Source: Gammaproteobacteria bacterium | GTDB taxonomy: Bacteria > Pseudomonadota > Gammaproteobacteria > SG8-11 | Direction of reading: 5' to 3' | Assembly (NCBI GenBank): GCA_031363085.1 | Contig: JANLTU010000004.1 | Coordinates: forward strand, 3,055-67,054 | Length of the DNA: 64,000 bases | In this document: piece after piece, positions 51,601-61,889 of the stretch | Layout: the number at the start of each line of letters is the position of its first letter | Position numbering within the stretch: position 1 is the stretch's first letter | Notes under the pieces: model-generated | What the model was told of the DNA's origin: nothing | The model's input: only the letters and a program-made list of their open reading frames with translations | The model's database searches: none | Made by a program: the position numbers and the translations under genes

Positions 51601-54411
51601 CTAAGCGGCTGGGCTTGAGGCGGCACGGGCAACGCGGGCAGGCAGCGTGTCTGCCCCTTGTTGAATACGCGTGATGAGTTGGCCCAGATGTAGATTCAGT
51701 TGCTGCATTCCGGCTAAATTTTCACTTTTACTTTGGAAGGTCATACTGGTGGCAAGCTCGGTTACGAGCGGGTAGCCCATAGTGCCGCCCATCCCTTTTA
51801 GGTCGTGAACAATTTCCCGCACCTTGGCCCAGTTGCTTTGCTCGATGGCCTGGGTGAGCTCGGTGTAATAACCTGGGAGCCTACCTACGAATTTGTTCAC
51901 CACACGCATAATTCCCGCGTCGCTGTCTTGCACCCGCGAGAATAACGGCAGGCTATGTTCGTCTGTTGTCGTGCTTGCGCGCGCCAGGAATCTATCCAGT
52001 ACCCGATACAATTGTTCCGGCTCGATGGGCTTGGCCAAAAAATCGGAAAAGCCCGCCGACAGATAGATTTCTTGATCAGTTTTCATGGCGTTCGCGGTGA
52101 TGGCAACAACCGGCAGCCCACATCCGGAGTGCTGCAAATGTTGCATCGCCGCTACTCCGTCCATCACCGGCATCTGGATATCCATCAACACTAGATCGAA
52201 AGACTCGTGTGTGATGCGTTCGATGGCCTGTGCACCATCGCCAGCGGTTACCACAACGATGCCGGTGCGCCGCAAATACATGGCAACCAAAATGCGCAGA
52301 TCTTCCGAATCTTCAGTAAGCAAAACCTTGCCGCTGAAGCGCTGCACTGGCGGATGAAGTAGCTTGGCAGGTTCGGGAACGCGCGCAGCACGCGCCTGGC
52401 CGTGCGCTAAGTCCTCCAGCGCGACCCGCTGGGTGCTGGATAAAGTAAATTTACTGCCGACGCCTTTTTTGCTGGCAACGGTAATTTTTCCGCCCAGCAG
52501 ACTGGCAAGATGTTGCGACAACGCCAGCCCAAGACCGGTGCCGCCGTACTTGCGGTGGATGTGCGTGTCGGCTTGTTGAAACTCCTGGAATAGCCGATCC
52601 ATTTCATCATCGCTCAGACCAATGCCGCTGTCGCAGACTTCCAGGCTCAGCACATCATTGAAGCGATCATAGGCCACGTTGACGTGCACATGACCTTGTT
52701 CGGTGAATTTGATGGCGTTACCGCACAGATTGACCAGAATTTGTTTCAGCCGCACCGGGTCGGTGTTGATATACGTGGGTACCGGGTATTGATAATTAAC
52801 AATAAACGCCAATCCCTTGTCGGTTGCTTTCATCTGGGTCAGTGCTGCGACGTCATCAATGAGTTCAAACAGCGAACAGCGCGATTTATCAATTTCAAGT
52901 TTTTTGGCTTCGATTTTCGACAAATCAAGCACGTCATTGATGATGCGCAATAGGTGGGTGCCGCTGCGATGAATGGTTTTCAGCGCGTGAATACGCTCCT
53001 GCATCGATTGGTCGGACTGCAATGACATGTCGGCGTAGCCGATGATCGCTGTGAGCGGCGTGCGGATTTCATGGCTCATGTTTGCGACGAATGCGCTTTT
53101 TGCAATAGTGGCGGCCTCGGCGGATTCCTTGGCGCGACTGAGTTCCTGCTGTGCGAATTGGCGCTCCAGGGTCACGCCGATCCAACTTCCGATCAACTTC
53201 AATAAATCATTGTCGCGCTCGCCGAAGGGAAGTGCACGTGGCGTACGGCTGGCAAAATTTACGGTTCCGAATACTTCGCCTCGAATACGAACCTGCATGG
53301 CGATGTAAGCTTCTAAATGGGAAAATTCATAACAGCGAGAATGGTTGTACATTGAGTTAGCAACATGGGAAATCGCGGTGGGCTCGTCATTGTTTACCGC
53401 GATACTGCAAAAAGAATCTTCCAGTTTCACACAAGTGCCAGGCGTTACACCCAAATCCGCTACGCACTGAACATAGATCAAGGTGTTGCTGTGGGCCACG
53501 CTATCGATGCGGCAAACACGACCCATCTCCATACCCAAGAACCGACATCCGTGCCGGAGCATGGCATTAATCTGGTCTTCCAGCGACAAGCCGGGTTTGG
53601 AGGTCGTTTCATACAGCGCACGTAAGCGTTCGGACTGCTGCGACAGCGTCGTGTTTAACGTCACTAGTTGCTGGGTACGCTCAGTGACGCGATTTTCTTG
53701 CTCCTTGTGGGATGAAGCCAAGCGCATCCGCATGTCGTTTATTGCTTTGGAAACCTGACTTAACTCGTCATCGACGGTATGGATTGATTCTTTTCGCTCC
53801 AGCTCCAATGGTTGTGCCATTTCGTTCGCATGCAGCGACTCCGACCAGGCGGAAATGGTTTTTAAATAACGGCCCACCAAAATTTGAAACAGGAAAAGTA
53901 TAAATAGAGAGACCAGGAAGGTCTTGACGGTTTGAGTGACCAGTATGACCAGCACTTTATCTTGCAGGCGCTGATATACACCTTTGAGATTGGCCACGAC
54001 CACCAGCTTACCGAGATTTATCTGTTGATCACGGTGGGTATAACCGAGCGGGAATTCACGACGGATGACTTGCTCGACTCTGCGTGCACCTACTTTTCCA
54101 TAAACCGCATTGTCATCCGCAATCACTTCAAGATATTGCATATCGGGCAGCCGATACATGCCGTCCAACTGAAGCTGAACATCGGTTTTGCTATCGACCC
54201 ATAAACTGCTCGCCAGACTGTGCCCATAACTGATTTCGATTTGAGCGAGCCGCGCTTCAATATCAGAGACGTCGCGATGGTATTCGAGCGTGAGTTGCAG
54301 TGCGGTGGAAAGCAGGGTCACGACCGAACTGAAGGCGAGAATATAAATTGCCAAGCGCCGACCGATACCGCGTTTGGCGAGGTCTTTAATACGGGTCGGA
54401 AACGGCGCCAT
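51601..54411 (-). CDS. Hybrid sensor histidine kinase (2 TM, GAF, HisKA, HATPase_c, REC, Hpt)
   Basis: 936 aa with an H-box (MSHEIRTPLTAI), G-box (GGTGLGLALSQ), REC domain (DLVLMDIQMP) and C-terminal Hpt (HDLKGMGGTMG). The region has lower GC than the neighbouring housekeeping genes. Confidence 0.9.
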   Translation of the reverse strand: MAPFPTRIKDLAKRGIGRRLAIYILAFSSVVTLLSTALQLTLEYHRDVSDIEARLAQIEISYGHSLASSLWVDSKTDVQLQLDGMYRLPDMQYLEVIADDNAVYGKVGARRVEQVIRREFPLGYTHRDQQINLGKLVVVANLKGVYQRLQDKVLVILVTQTVKTFLVSLFILFLFQILVGRYLKTISAWSESLHANEMAQPLELERKESIHTVDDELSQVSKAINDMRMRLASSHKEQENRVTERTQQLVTLNTTLSQQSERLRALYETTSKPGLSLEDQINAMLRHGCRFLGMEMGRVCRIDSVAHSNTLIYVQCVADLGVTPGTCVKLEDSFCSIAVNNDEPTAISHVANSMYNHSRCYEFSHLEAYIAMQVRIRGEVFGTVNFASRTPRALPFGERDNDLLKLIGSWIGVTLERQFAQQELSRAKESAEAATIAKSAFVANMSHEIRTPLTAIIGYADMSLQSDQSMQERIHALKTIHRSGTHLLRIINDVLDLSKIEAKKLEIDKSRCSLFELIDDVAALTQMKATDKGLAFIVNYQYPVPTYINTDPVRLKQILVNLCGNAIKFTEQGHVHVNVAYDRFNDVLSLEVCDSGIGLSDDEMDRLFQEFQQADTHIHRKYGGTGLGLALSQHLASLLGGKITVASKKGVGSKFTLSSTQRVALEDLAHGQARAARVPEPAKLLHPPVQRFSGKVLLTEDSEDLRILVAMYLRRTGIVVVTAGDGAQAIERITHESFDLVLMDIQMPVMDGVAAMQHLQHSGCGLPVVAITANAMKTDQEIYLSAGFSDFLAKPIEPEQLYRVLDRFLARASTTTDEHSLPLFSRVQDSDAGIMRVVNKFVGRLPGYYTELTQAIEQSNWAKVREIVHDLKGMGGTMGYPLVTELATSMTFQSKSENLAGMQQLNLHLGQLITRIQQGADTLPARVARAASSPAA

Positions 54412-54452
54412 GCAACAATCTCTTACCGAAGTCGGCGTGCTGCGCTACTTGG

Positions 54453-55250
54453 TTATTTCGTCTGGCATTGATCGGTAGGAATTCCCAGCGGCGTAAATAT
54501 TCCCAGGCAGGTGCGGGCATAGAATCCTTCCGCCTTCAAATCGTGAAGCGCCGAGGCAAGGGCAGGAACTTTGGCGGCATGCTTTTTGTGTAAATAAATA
54601 AACATTTCCAGCTCGGTGAGCGAAGGTTCGACGACGCGAACGTCTTTAATGCCTAGGGTTTTAACCAGCGCCGTGCCCAGCGAGCGCTCGTATAAAGCCA
54701 CGTCAATGCGATTTTTATCGAGGATGCTGAACAATTGTTCTGGAGTATCCACGACCGTGACCCGGGTGCCGGGCATCAGGCTGCGCTCGTAAATTTTCCA
54801 GCCCCGGAGGTAGCCCACCGACAGCGGCTGCAAACTTTCCCAGCTTGCATTATTCAATTGTGCGTGGCGGGTGAACGCGACGAAATGATAATCCAACACT
54901 TTTCCCGGGATCGGAATCAGATTGGGATACATTTTCTCCATGCCGCCGATGCGTGCCAGCTCGCCATCTTCGATGCCGTCGTTAGCGTTTTTCAAGCCAC
55001 GTTCGGCCGACAGCCGCACCAGCTTGAAACTGAGCCCCGCACGCCGGAAGGCTTCGCCGACAATAATGTCAAGAAACCCGTCGCCGGCCTCGGTGGCAAA
55101 AGGCGGGGCGCTGGCGGAGTTCAGAACCAAGGATTGCGGTTCGGCGGCAGGTGTTGCGGCGCAACACGCGCTGAGCCACAACATGGTTGCGAATGCGGCG
55201 CTTCGGTTAGCGGGTCGGAAGTTGTTAATCGTACGCTTGTGTTGATTCAT
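54453..55250 (-). CDS. Periplasmic family-3 (amino-acid-type) solute-binding protein, co-transcribed with the hybrid kinase
   Basis: Start ATG 55250 (MNQHKRTINNFRPANRSAAFATMLWLSACCAA, a signal peptide) and SBP_bac_3-like fold. It ends 41 bp upstream of the kinase. Confidence 0.75.
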   Translation of the reverse strand: MNQHKRTINNFRPANRSAAFATMLWLSACCAATPAAEPQSLVLNSASAPPFATEAGDGFLDIIVGEAFRRAGLSFKLVRLSAERGLKNANDGIEDGELARIGGMEKMYPNLIPIPGKVLDYHFVAFTRHAQLNNASWESLQPLSVGYLRGWKIYERSLMPGTRVTVVDTPEQLFSILDKNRIDVALYERSLGTALVKTLGIKDVRVVEPSLTELEMFIYLHKKHAAKVPALASALHDLKAEGFYARTCLGIFTPLGIPTDQCQTK

Positions 55251-55513
55251 GTCGTTTTGCTTAACCACTTGGCCCGGCAATGCACTGTTTGAAATCCTGT
55301 CCGTTAGGGTTAACGTCCACATCGAGCAGAACTGTAGCGACGAGCCGCGTAACGGTGACTGAGATGGCGGTGGATTTTCCGACGTGTATGACCGCCACGT
55401 TCGTCCGTGGCGGTCTTTGCAGAGGCAGAGACAATACAGGCTGAAGAAAAGCGAATCCCGATGTGGGATCAGCCTCAGTGGGGCCAATTCACAACATTAT
55501 TATCGAGTGGGAC

Positions 55514-58072
55514 TCATAGCCAGATCATATGCCCGGTTTCAAATGCATGGCTGAGCAAATCATGGTGCGGGTACATGCGAATCTGGTAGTGCAGCAAGCC
55601 GGAAAGTTCGGGGCGCAAGTCGAGTTTAAACACGGTTTCGCCGTGGTCATTGATATTGGCCGCTTCCATTAAATAACGGTACTGCACCACGAAATCATTG
55701 CTGTCTACGGTATGGCCCACCAGACATTCCACGCACACGTCGGTGGCGCTCAAGTTGGACAAGAATACTGCCACGCGTATCGGCAATGCGGCACCGGCGT
55801 TGACGCAGTGTTCGGCGGAGTCGACGCGGCGCAACGTGATTTTGGGCCAGGACTCGGCAATTTTTTTCTTCCAACTGGAAAGTTCGCGCGCCGGCGCGCT
55901 GGCATCTTGCACCATTTTTTTCTGTTGACGTGCCGCCGGGCCATAAAAATGGGTGACGTAGTCGCGCACCATGCGTTGTGAATTAAACCGCGGGATCAGC
56001 GATTTCATCGAGGCTTTCGACATTTTTACCCAAGGTTCGGAATAACCGTAACCATTGCGGACGAAATACAGCGGGATGACTTCGTTTTCGAGAATGTTGA
56101 CCAAATCTTTGGCTTCTTCCTGATTGCGGAAGGCTTCATCGAATTGTGCGCCATGCGGTGCGATGCCCCAGCCGTTTTCGCCGTTGTAGCCTTCGCCCCA
56201 CCAACCGTCCAGCACGCTCAGGTTAATCACGCCGTTGATGCCGGCTTTTTGCCCCGAAGTGCCGCTGGCTTCCAGCGGGTAGGTGGGCGTGTTCAGCCAC
56301 ACGTCCACGCCGGTGACCAACAGGCGCGCGAGCGACACGTCGTAGCCTTCCAGCAAAATGACCTTGCCTTCGAACTCCGGGCGACGCGAGTATTCGTGAA
56401 TTTGTTGGATGAGTTGCTTGCCGGGCTGATCGTTGGGATGTGCCTTGCCGGCAAAAATCAGCAGCACCGGCCGCTTCGGATCGTTGAGCAGTTTTGCCAG
56501 ACGTACCGGATCGGCGAACAGCAGGCCGGCGCGTTTATAGGTGGCGAAACGGCGTGCAAAACCCAAAATCAGCACGTCGGTTTCATTCGGGGCGAGCTGG
56601 CGCACCAGACGTTCGATCTGCGCAGCGCTACAGCCGTTGCGTTTATGTTGAGCTATGGCACGCTCGCGCACGATCCGCAGCAAGCGCGATTTCAACGACT
56701 GGCGCAAACTCCAGTAAGCATAATCGGGAATGTCGTCGATGCGTTCCCAGTATGCATCGTTCAGCATTTCGTTGCGCCATTCGCGCCCGAACTGCATGTC
56801 GAATAAATTGGACCACGCGCGTGCCAGGAAGGTGGGCACGTGCACGCCGTTAGTAACGTGACGGATCGGGTTTTCTTCCGGTGGCACCTGCGGCCACACA
56901 TAACCTTCCATTTTTGACGCGACGTCGCCGTGAATTTTGCTGACGCCGTTGTGAAAGCGCGAGCCGCGCAAGGCCAGCGCCGTCATATTGAAACCGTCAG
57001 GGTTGGTCGGGCTGTGGCCGATATTCCTGAAGCGATGTGGTTCGAGGCCGAGATTGTGCACGTACTCGCCAAAATAGCTGTTGATCAAGTCGTGGCTAAA
57101 AATATCATGTCCTGCGGGCACCGGCGTATGCGTGGTGTAGACGGTGCCGCTGGCCACTTGCTCCAACGCGCTGTCGAAGTCGGCGCCCTTGGCTACCAGC
57201 TCGCGGCAGCGTTCCAGAATCATGAACGCGGCATGGCCCTCATTGATGTGCCACACGGTGGGTTTGAAGTTCAACGCGCGCAGTGCACGCACACCGCCGA
57301 TCCCCAGCACAATTTCCTGCTGGATGCGCATGTGGATATCGCCACCGTACAACTGATAGGTAATGGAACGATCAGACGGGCTGTTCTCGATTAGATCCGA
57401 GTCGAGCAAATGGATGGTGATATGTCCAGCCTTGGCACGCCAGACCTTGAGCATGACGCGCCGGCCGGGCAGGTCGACGTGCACGTAGACCGGCTGGCCG
57501 TTGCTGTCGAGCGCCGGCTGGATTGGCAGGTCGGAAAAATCAATGCGCGTGTAATGGACGATTTGGTGCCCCGACACGTCGATGGTTTGCGTGAAATAAC
57601 CCTGCCGGTACAGCAGCCCGACGGCGATGAACGGAATACCCAGATCGCTGGCGGCCTTGCAATGATCACCGGCTAAAATTCCCAGCCCGCCGGAGTAAAT
57701 CGGCATGCTTTCGTGCAGGCCAAACTCGGCGCAGAAATACGCGACCAAATCCTGTTGTGGATCGAGGTGTTCCGCCAACACCGGTTTGATTTTTTCGCGG
57801 TGGTAACTGTTGTAGGCCGACAAGGTGCGGTGGTAGTCCTCCATGTAGGTGCGATCTTCCACGGCCGCGTCGAGGCGTTGTTGCGACAAGCGGCGCAAAA
57901 ATACTTTGGGGTTGTGTCCGCAACTGCGCCAAAGTGGCGGATCAAGACGAATAAACAGCCGGCGCACATCGCGGTCCCAACTGTAGAGCAGGTCGTTGGC
58001 GATCTCGATCAGTCCTTGCAGACGTTCCGGGATGGTGGGGCGAACTTCAAGTTGAAAACGGGTGCCGGTCAT
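55514..58072 (-). CDS. glgP: Alpha-glucan phosphorylase (GlgP family, alpha-1,4-glucan:phosphate transferase)
   Basis: 852 aa with alpha-glucan phosphorylase family similarity (GGLGILAGDHCKAASDLG, PLP-site region). Isolated from other glycogen genes. Confidence 0.9.
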   Translation of the reverse strand: MTGTRFQLEVRPTIPERLQGLIEIANDLLYSWDRDVRRLFIRLDPPLWRSCGHNPKVFLRRLSQQRLDAAVEDRTYMEDYHRTLSAYNSYHREKIKPVLAEHLDPQQDLVAYFCAEFGLHESMPIYSGGLGILAGDHCKAASDLGIPFIAVGLLYRQGYFTQTIDVSGHQIVHYTRIDFSDLPIQPALDSNGQPVYVHVDLPGRRVMLKVWRAKAGHITIHLLDSDLIENSPSDRSITYQLYGGDIHMRIQQEIVLGIGGVRALRALNFKPTVWHINEGHAAFMILERCRELVAKGADFDSALEQVASGTVYTTHTPVPAGHDIFSHDLINSYFGEYVHNLGLEPHRFRNIGHSPTNPDGFNMTALALRGSRFHNGVSKIHGDVASKMEGYVWPQVPPEENPIRHVTNGVHVPTFLARAWSNLFDMQFGREWRNEMLNDAYWERIDDIPDYAYWSLRQSLKSRLLRIVRERAIAQHKRNGCSAAQIERLVRQLAPNETDVLILGFARRFATYKRAGLLFADPVRLAKLLNDPKRPVLLIFAGKAHPNDQPGKQLIQQIHEYSRRPEFEGKVILLEGYDVSLARLLVTGVDVWLNTPTYPLEASGTSGQKAGINGVINLSVLDGWWGEGYNGENGWGIAPHGAQFDEAFRNQEEAKDLVNILENEVIPLYFVRNGYGYSEPWVKMSKASMKSLIPRFNSQRMVRDYVTHFYGPAARQQKKMVQDASAPARELSSWKKKIAESWPKITLRRVDSAEHCVNAGAALPIRVAVFLSNLSATDVCVECLVGHTVDSNDFVVQYRYLMEAANINDHGETVFKLDLRPELSGLLHYQIRMYPHHDLLSHAFETGHMIWL

Positions 58073-58260
58073 AGGTTCTTCTTGTCGTGTGTGAGGGTTG
58101 AGGTATTGAGTATCGGCTGGTTAAGTGCATTTTGCAGGTGGGGTGGTATTTATTCCAATCGATATGTGGCTGCCCTGCCTTGCCCTGCTACCGCCTCTCG
58201 ATAGGCGGGCGTGTCGAAACCGATACTCAACCCATGTGTTTGGGTTTATTAAACAACCAC

Positions 58261-59091
58261 CTATTGGCGAAGTTTTTGTTCTGCCGCCGCAGTCGCTTGC
58301 TCCATGGCGGTGTTCAGGGCTTCCATGACTTTGCCCAGAAACCACTGCATATTGCCGAAGCGATAAAGCTCGATATAAAGCTTCAGGTTGTCGTCGGGCA
58401 ACTCCTGAAAAGCATAGTCGTAGGTGATGCGCGTGGTGAGCTTGCTGGGCTTCAACAGTTGCTCGTAACTTGCGCGCAGCAGTATGTCTTTTTTTTCTGG
58501 CTCCTGATCTTGACTTTTTCTTTCGGCCGCGTCCGCCATACGCACCAGTGCTTGAATCGCCAATGCTTGCGTGGCAACGAAAAATTCGGTGTCGGCGGAG
58601 GCGTCGTCCAATTGTGAGTACAGGCTTGCGCGTTCCGGGCCGGGCGCTTTGTCGTGCCGCTCTTTTGCGAATTTGCGGATCGCCTCGCTTGCCTGTGGGG
58701 CCAATGCAGCCCGCTTGCTCGCCGATAAACGTTTGCCCAGCGGCGACTGCAACAAGCGCTGTAATGTCGCAAAGCGACCTTCGTCGTAGTCTTTGGCTAA
58801 CAGCGCGCGCACGCGTGCGGTCAGCGCGGCTTCGCTGAAATAGTCGCGCGTGGCGGTATCCAGATGCTCCCAGTGACTTGCCGGCAACACGCGATGTTCG
58901 TTCTTGCGTTGCTCCAGCCCGTCACTGATAGTTTGGGGAATTTCGCGGAGCAGTTCGTAAATCGCCAGATCGCGCAACAATGCATTAACGACCACATCGA
59001 CTTTTGCACCCTCCTCGGCCGCCACGGCGGGTATGGAAAACGGCAGTGCAGCACACAGCACCAGCATCGAAGTAAATTGATGAGCCTTCAA
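58261..59091 (-). CDS. Hypothetical secreted/periplasmic protein
   Basis: Mostly alpha-helical and charged, with a predicted signal peptide when started at TTG 59091 (MKAHQFTSMLVLCAALPFSIPAVAA), which follows a GGAGA RBS. The ORF-track start is 59124. Confidence 0.55.
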   Translation of the reverse strand: MKAHQFTSMLVLCAALPFSIPAVAAEEGAKVDVVVNALLRDLAIYELLREIPQTISDGLEQRKNEHRVLPASHWEHLDTATRDYFSEAALTARVRALLAKDYDEGRFATLQRLLQSPLGKRLSASKRAALAPQASEAIRKFAKERHDKAPGPERASLYSQLDDASADTEFFVATQALAIQALVRMADAAERKSQDQEPEKKDILLRASYEQLLKPSKLTTRITYDYAFQELPDDNLKLYIELYRFGNMQWFLGKVMEALNTAMEQATAAAEQKLRQ

Positions 59092-59237
59092 GCGCAAGTC
59101 TCCTATGTAAGTTCGGCGGGTCAATATCAGCAGATTCTAACGAACACGACGGCAACGTCACCTGCGCTTTGTCGCGTCGCGAGCATGCGTTAATATAACG
59201 CGCTTGCAGGGACACCTCACAACAGGACTCGTAGCTT

Positions 59238-59708
59238 ATGTTTCGAAAACTGATTTGTCTTTTCGTTGTATTGATGGGGTTCAGCGCCACAACTCACGCT
59301 TTTGGACTACTTGGAAACGAAGTATCCATCGGGATGGCAACGCCTGCGCCGAACGGGTTGTCCGCTAAATTTTGGATGTCGCGCGAAACTGCGGTTGACT
59401 GGTTTTCCGAATGGGATACCACGAACAAGCACTTTCAATTTCATGCGGATTATCTTACGCATGACTTTCAACAGCTTGAAATGGAAGGCGCAACCATGCC
59501 GCTATATTTTGGCTTCGGTCTCCGCTTGCGCACCACGGAAAGCTCGGCCACGCAAATTGGTATTCGCATCCCCATTGGCGTGAGCTATCTGTGGAGCACT
59601 GCGCCGATTGATTTTTTTGCTGAAGTCGGGCCGCGTGCCAACATTATCCCCCAAACCAACTTTGCGGTGGATCTTATGATCGGCCTACGCTACCGTTTTA
59701 TCCCCTAA
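59238..59708 (+). CDS. Small outer-membrane beta-barrel protein
   Basis: 156 aa with a signal peptide, alternating amphipathic strands and a C-terminal aromatic residue (…GLRYRFIP) typical of outer-membrane barrels. Confidence 0.65.
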   Translation: MFRKLICLFVVLMGFSATTHAFGLLGNEVSIGMATPAPNGLSAKFWMSRETAVDWFSEWDTTNKHFQFHADYLTHDFQQLEMEGATMPLYFGFGLRLRTTESSATQIGIRIPIGVSYLWSTAPIDFFAEVGPRANIIPQTNFAVDLMIGLRYRFIP

Positions 59709-59721
59709 AAGCCTGCTAATG

Positions 59722-60105
59722 TTATGCACCGTTGAATTGCGGGTTGACCATCGAGCGTGACGCCATGAAGAAGATTACGTTGTTATTGGCGTTACGAGGA
59801 TCGAACTTGATGCCCATGCGATAAGCGTCTGCCGATTTGGCACTCTGCTCGCCCCGTGCTCCTGCAACGTTGCACCACATCACTCGGCCTTCCACGGCAA
59901 TTTTCCAGTCTCCGGCACTGAAAACCATATCGACTGGAGTTCCCACTTCCAGCGGCTCGGACAACTTAAGGCCGACTCCCGATACGGACACGTCGCAGAC
60001 CAACGTGGAGTCATAGCTCTTGTCTTGCGCCTGTAGACAAAACGTCCCGTTCACTTCTTCGAGTTGGATATTTTGACGTATGCTTTCACGCGATTCAGCT
60101 AACAT
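59722..60105 (-). CDS. PilZ-domain (c-di-GMP-binding) protein
   Basis: 127 aa with the two PilZ signature motifs: RxxxR (RESIRQ) and D/NxSxxG (DVSVSGVG). Confidence 0.75.
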   Translation of the reverse strand: MLAESRESIRQNIQLEEVNGTFCLQAQDKSYDSTLVCDVSVSGVGLKLSEPLEVGTPVDMVFSAGDWKIAVEGRVMWCNVAGARGEQSAKSADAYRMGIKFDPRNANNNVIFFMASRSMVNPQFNGA

Positions 60106-60394
60106 GACCGTACTCCTGTAAATTTGCTTAAGTTATGGGAGTCCCCACCGGGTTGTCAGTGAGGGGGTATAGCCGGTGACTGACTTAAAGAATCTACAAA
60201 ATTGATGCCAACACAGAAGAGCGCTTTAATGCCGCGCTATTCGTTATCTGTCCGACTAAACGCGGCAGGCAACGGCGGCGGCTTGCGATTAAACGTCAAG
60301 ATTGTGTCGCAAAATACGTCTTTATTGACCAGTTGTTGACACTTACACTTGGGTTGTCGGTCGATCACACTAACGGTTACATAGGATTCCTAGC

Positions 60395-60985
60395 ATGCGT
60401 ACAACAAGGTCTTGGTTACAACTGGCGCTACTGTTTTGTGTCGCGGCGTACACGAACGCTGGTGCTGATCCGTTGGCCCCTGGAATGGTTATGGTGGCAA
60501 CCGCGAATCTGCAAGGTACTAGCTTTGAGAAGTCGGTAATTTTAATCACCCAGCACAGCCGACAAGGCACGCTTGGCATCGCTATTAACCGCCCCGCTCA
60601 TCGCAAGCTTGGCGAATTTTTTCCCGACTTCAGCGCAAAGACTGGCAGCCAGCCGTTGTATTTAGGCGGGCCGGTACACCCGCTCGCGCTGTTGGTGCTG
60701 GCGCGCACCAAGGCACGCGATGGCTGGATTCCGGTAACCGCAGACATTTCCTTTACCGGCGGCCCAACGGCGGAACGCTTTCTAAAGCAAGCACAAACCG
60801 AACTGCGTGACTCAAAGCATCGGGTATTCGCCGGTTACACCGGCTGGGCGGCGGGTCAACTCAAGCAGGAAATTCAGCGTGGCGACTGGCTGACCGTAAT
60901 GATCGACCCGGATACCCTCTTCAACAACGAAACTGAACGAACCTGGGAGCACCTGTATCGTCTGCACTCTGGGAAATGGATCTAA
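60395..60985 (+). CDS. YqgE/AlgH family protein (UPF0301)
   Basis: 196 aa. ILITQHSRQGTLGIAINRP...LYLGGPV...FAGYTGWAAGQLKQEIQRGDWL matches the YqgE/AlgH family. Confidence 0.85.
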   Translation: MRTTRSWLQLALLFCVAAYTNAGADPLAPGMVMVATANLQGTSFEKSVILITQHSRQGTLGIAINRPAHRKLGEFFPDFSAKTGSQPLYLGGPVHPLALLVLARTKARDGWIPVTADISFTGGPTAERFLKQAQTELRDSKHRVFAGYTGWAAGQLKQEIQRGDWLTVMIDPDTLFNNETERTWEHLYRLHSGKWI

Positions 60986-61156
60986 TCCCAAGGCACCGTC
61001 GAGACTTGAAGCCGTGACGGAATCTTGGGCGCATTCAGCCAGCGGATATAACCGCATTGGATGTTTATTCCGTTTCCTCATTTAAACTCTGCGGCCCTGC
61101 CAGCCTATACTTTACTTATGTTTTATCAACGCTCCGCGCCTCGGGAGGGAACCACG

Positions 61157-61633
61157 ATGACCCATGCTGCGATGACTTCGCCTTCTTCCAGGCGCCGGGC
61201 ACACGCGGATCGACGTCAGACCCGCGCCACTTTTTTTGACGTTTTTCGCGCCGACGGGCGACGCAAAACCATGCGCCGCAGCATCAGCACATCGACTGTC
61301 GGCCACTATCTGGATCACTACGATGCGCGGCTGGTCATTCCCAGCCTGACCATCCTGGTGTTGTGCATCATCGACGCGCAGCTCACCCTGAACTTGCTCG
61401 CACGGGGCGCGACCGAATTGAACTTGATCATGCAACTTGCGCTAGAGAAAGGCGCCATGATTTTCCTGCTCACCAAATATGCGATGACTGCAAGCAGCGT
61501 AATGTTCCTGCTTGTCCATCATCAATTCCGAATATTTAACATTGTTCAAGTACGCCACATCATCTCCGCTTACGCGTGGATTTATATCGCGCTGCTTGCC
61601 TATGAAATCAGCCTGTGGGCCTACATCGCCTAG
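61157..61633 (+). CDS. Hypothetical small membrane protein (Arg-rich N-terminus, 3-4 TM)
   Basis: Start ATG 61157 with a GGGAGGGAA RBS. N-terminal Arg-rich soluble segment (SSRRRAHADRRQTRATFFDVFRADGRRKTMRR) followed by hydrophobic helices. No family recognised. Confidence 0.5.
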   Translation: MTHAAMTSPSSRRRAHADRRQTRATFFDVFRADGRRKTMRRSISTSTVGHYLDHYDARLVIPSLTILVLCIIDAQLTLNLLARGATELNLIMQLALEKGAMIFLLTKYAMTASSVMFLLVHHQFRIFNIVQVRHIISAYAWIYIALLAYEISLWAYIA

Positions 61634-61889
61634 TTATTGCGCCGCACTAAACTCGATTATTTAGTCAGTTGGTTTTCTTATCAGCCTCCTACCTCCCCAC
61701 AGTTGTTCTTCGTGCTAGGATGAAATCGGTGGGTGATCTTGCCCACGGCAAACGTCGCACCCGCGACGCTTCGCAATACACAGTCAGTTCTATCTTGATT
61801 AAGAGACCGACCCGGGCGCCTAGTCAACTGTTGCAACATGCTCATCGACGCACGTCGTGTCCCTTTTAACAAAAGTGGAGGACAGTGAA

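Noticed and set aside
58083-58223. Long-range inverted repeat (TTGAGTATCGG with CCGATACTCAA) enclosing about 100 nt upstream of glgP
   Set aside because: Only an 11-bp perfect match. About two such matches within 150 nt are expected by chance in 64 kb, so it is not significant without extension. Noted but not called.
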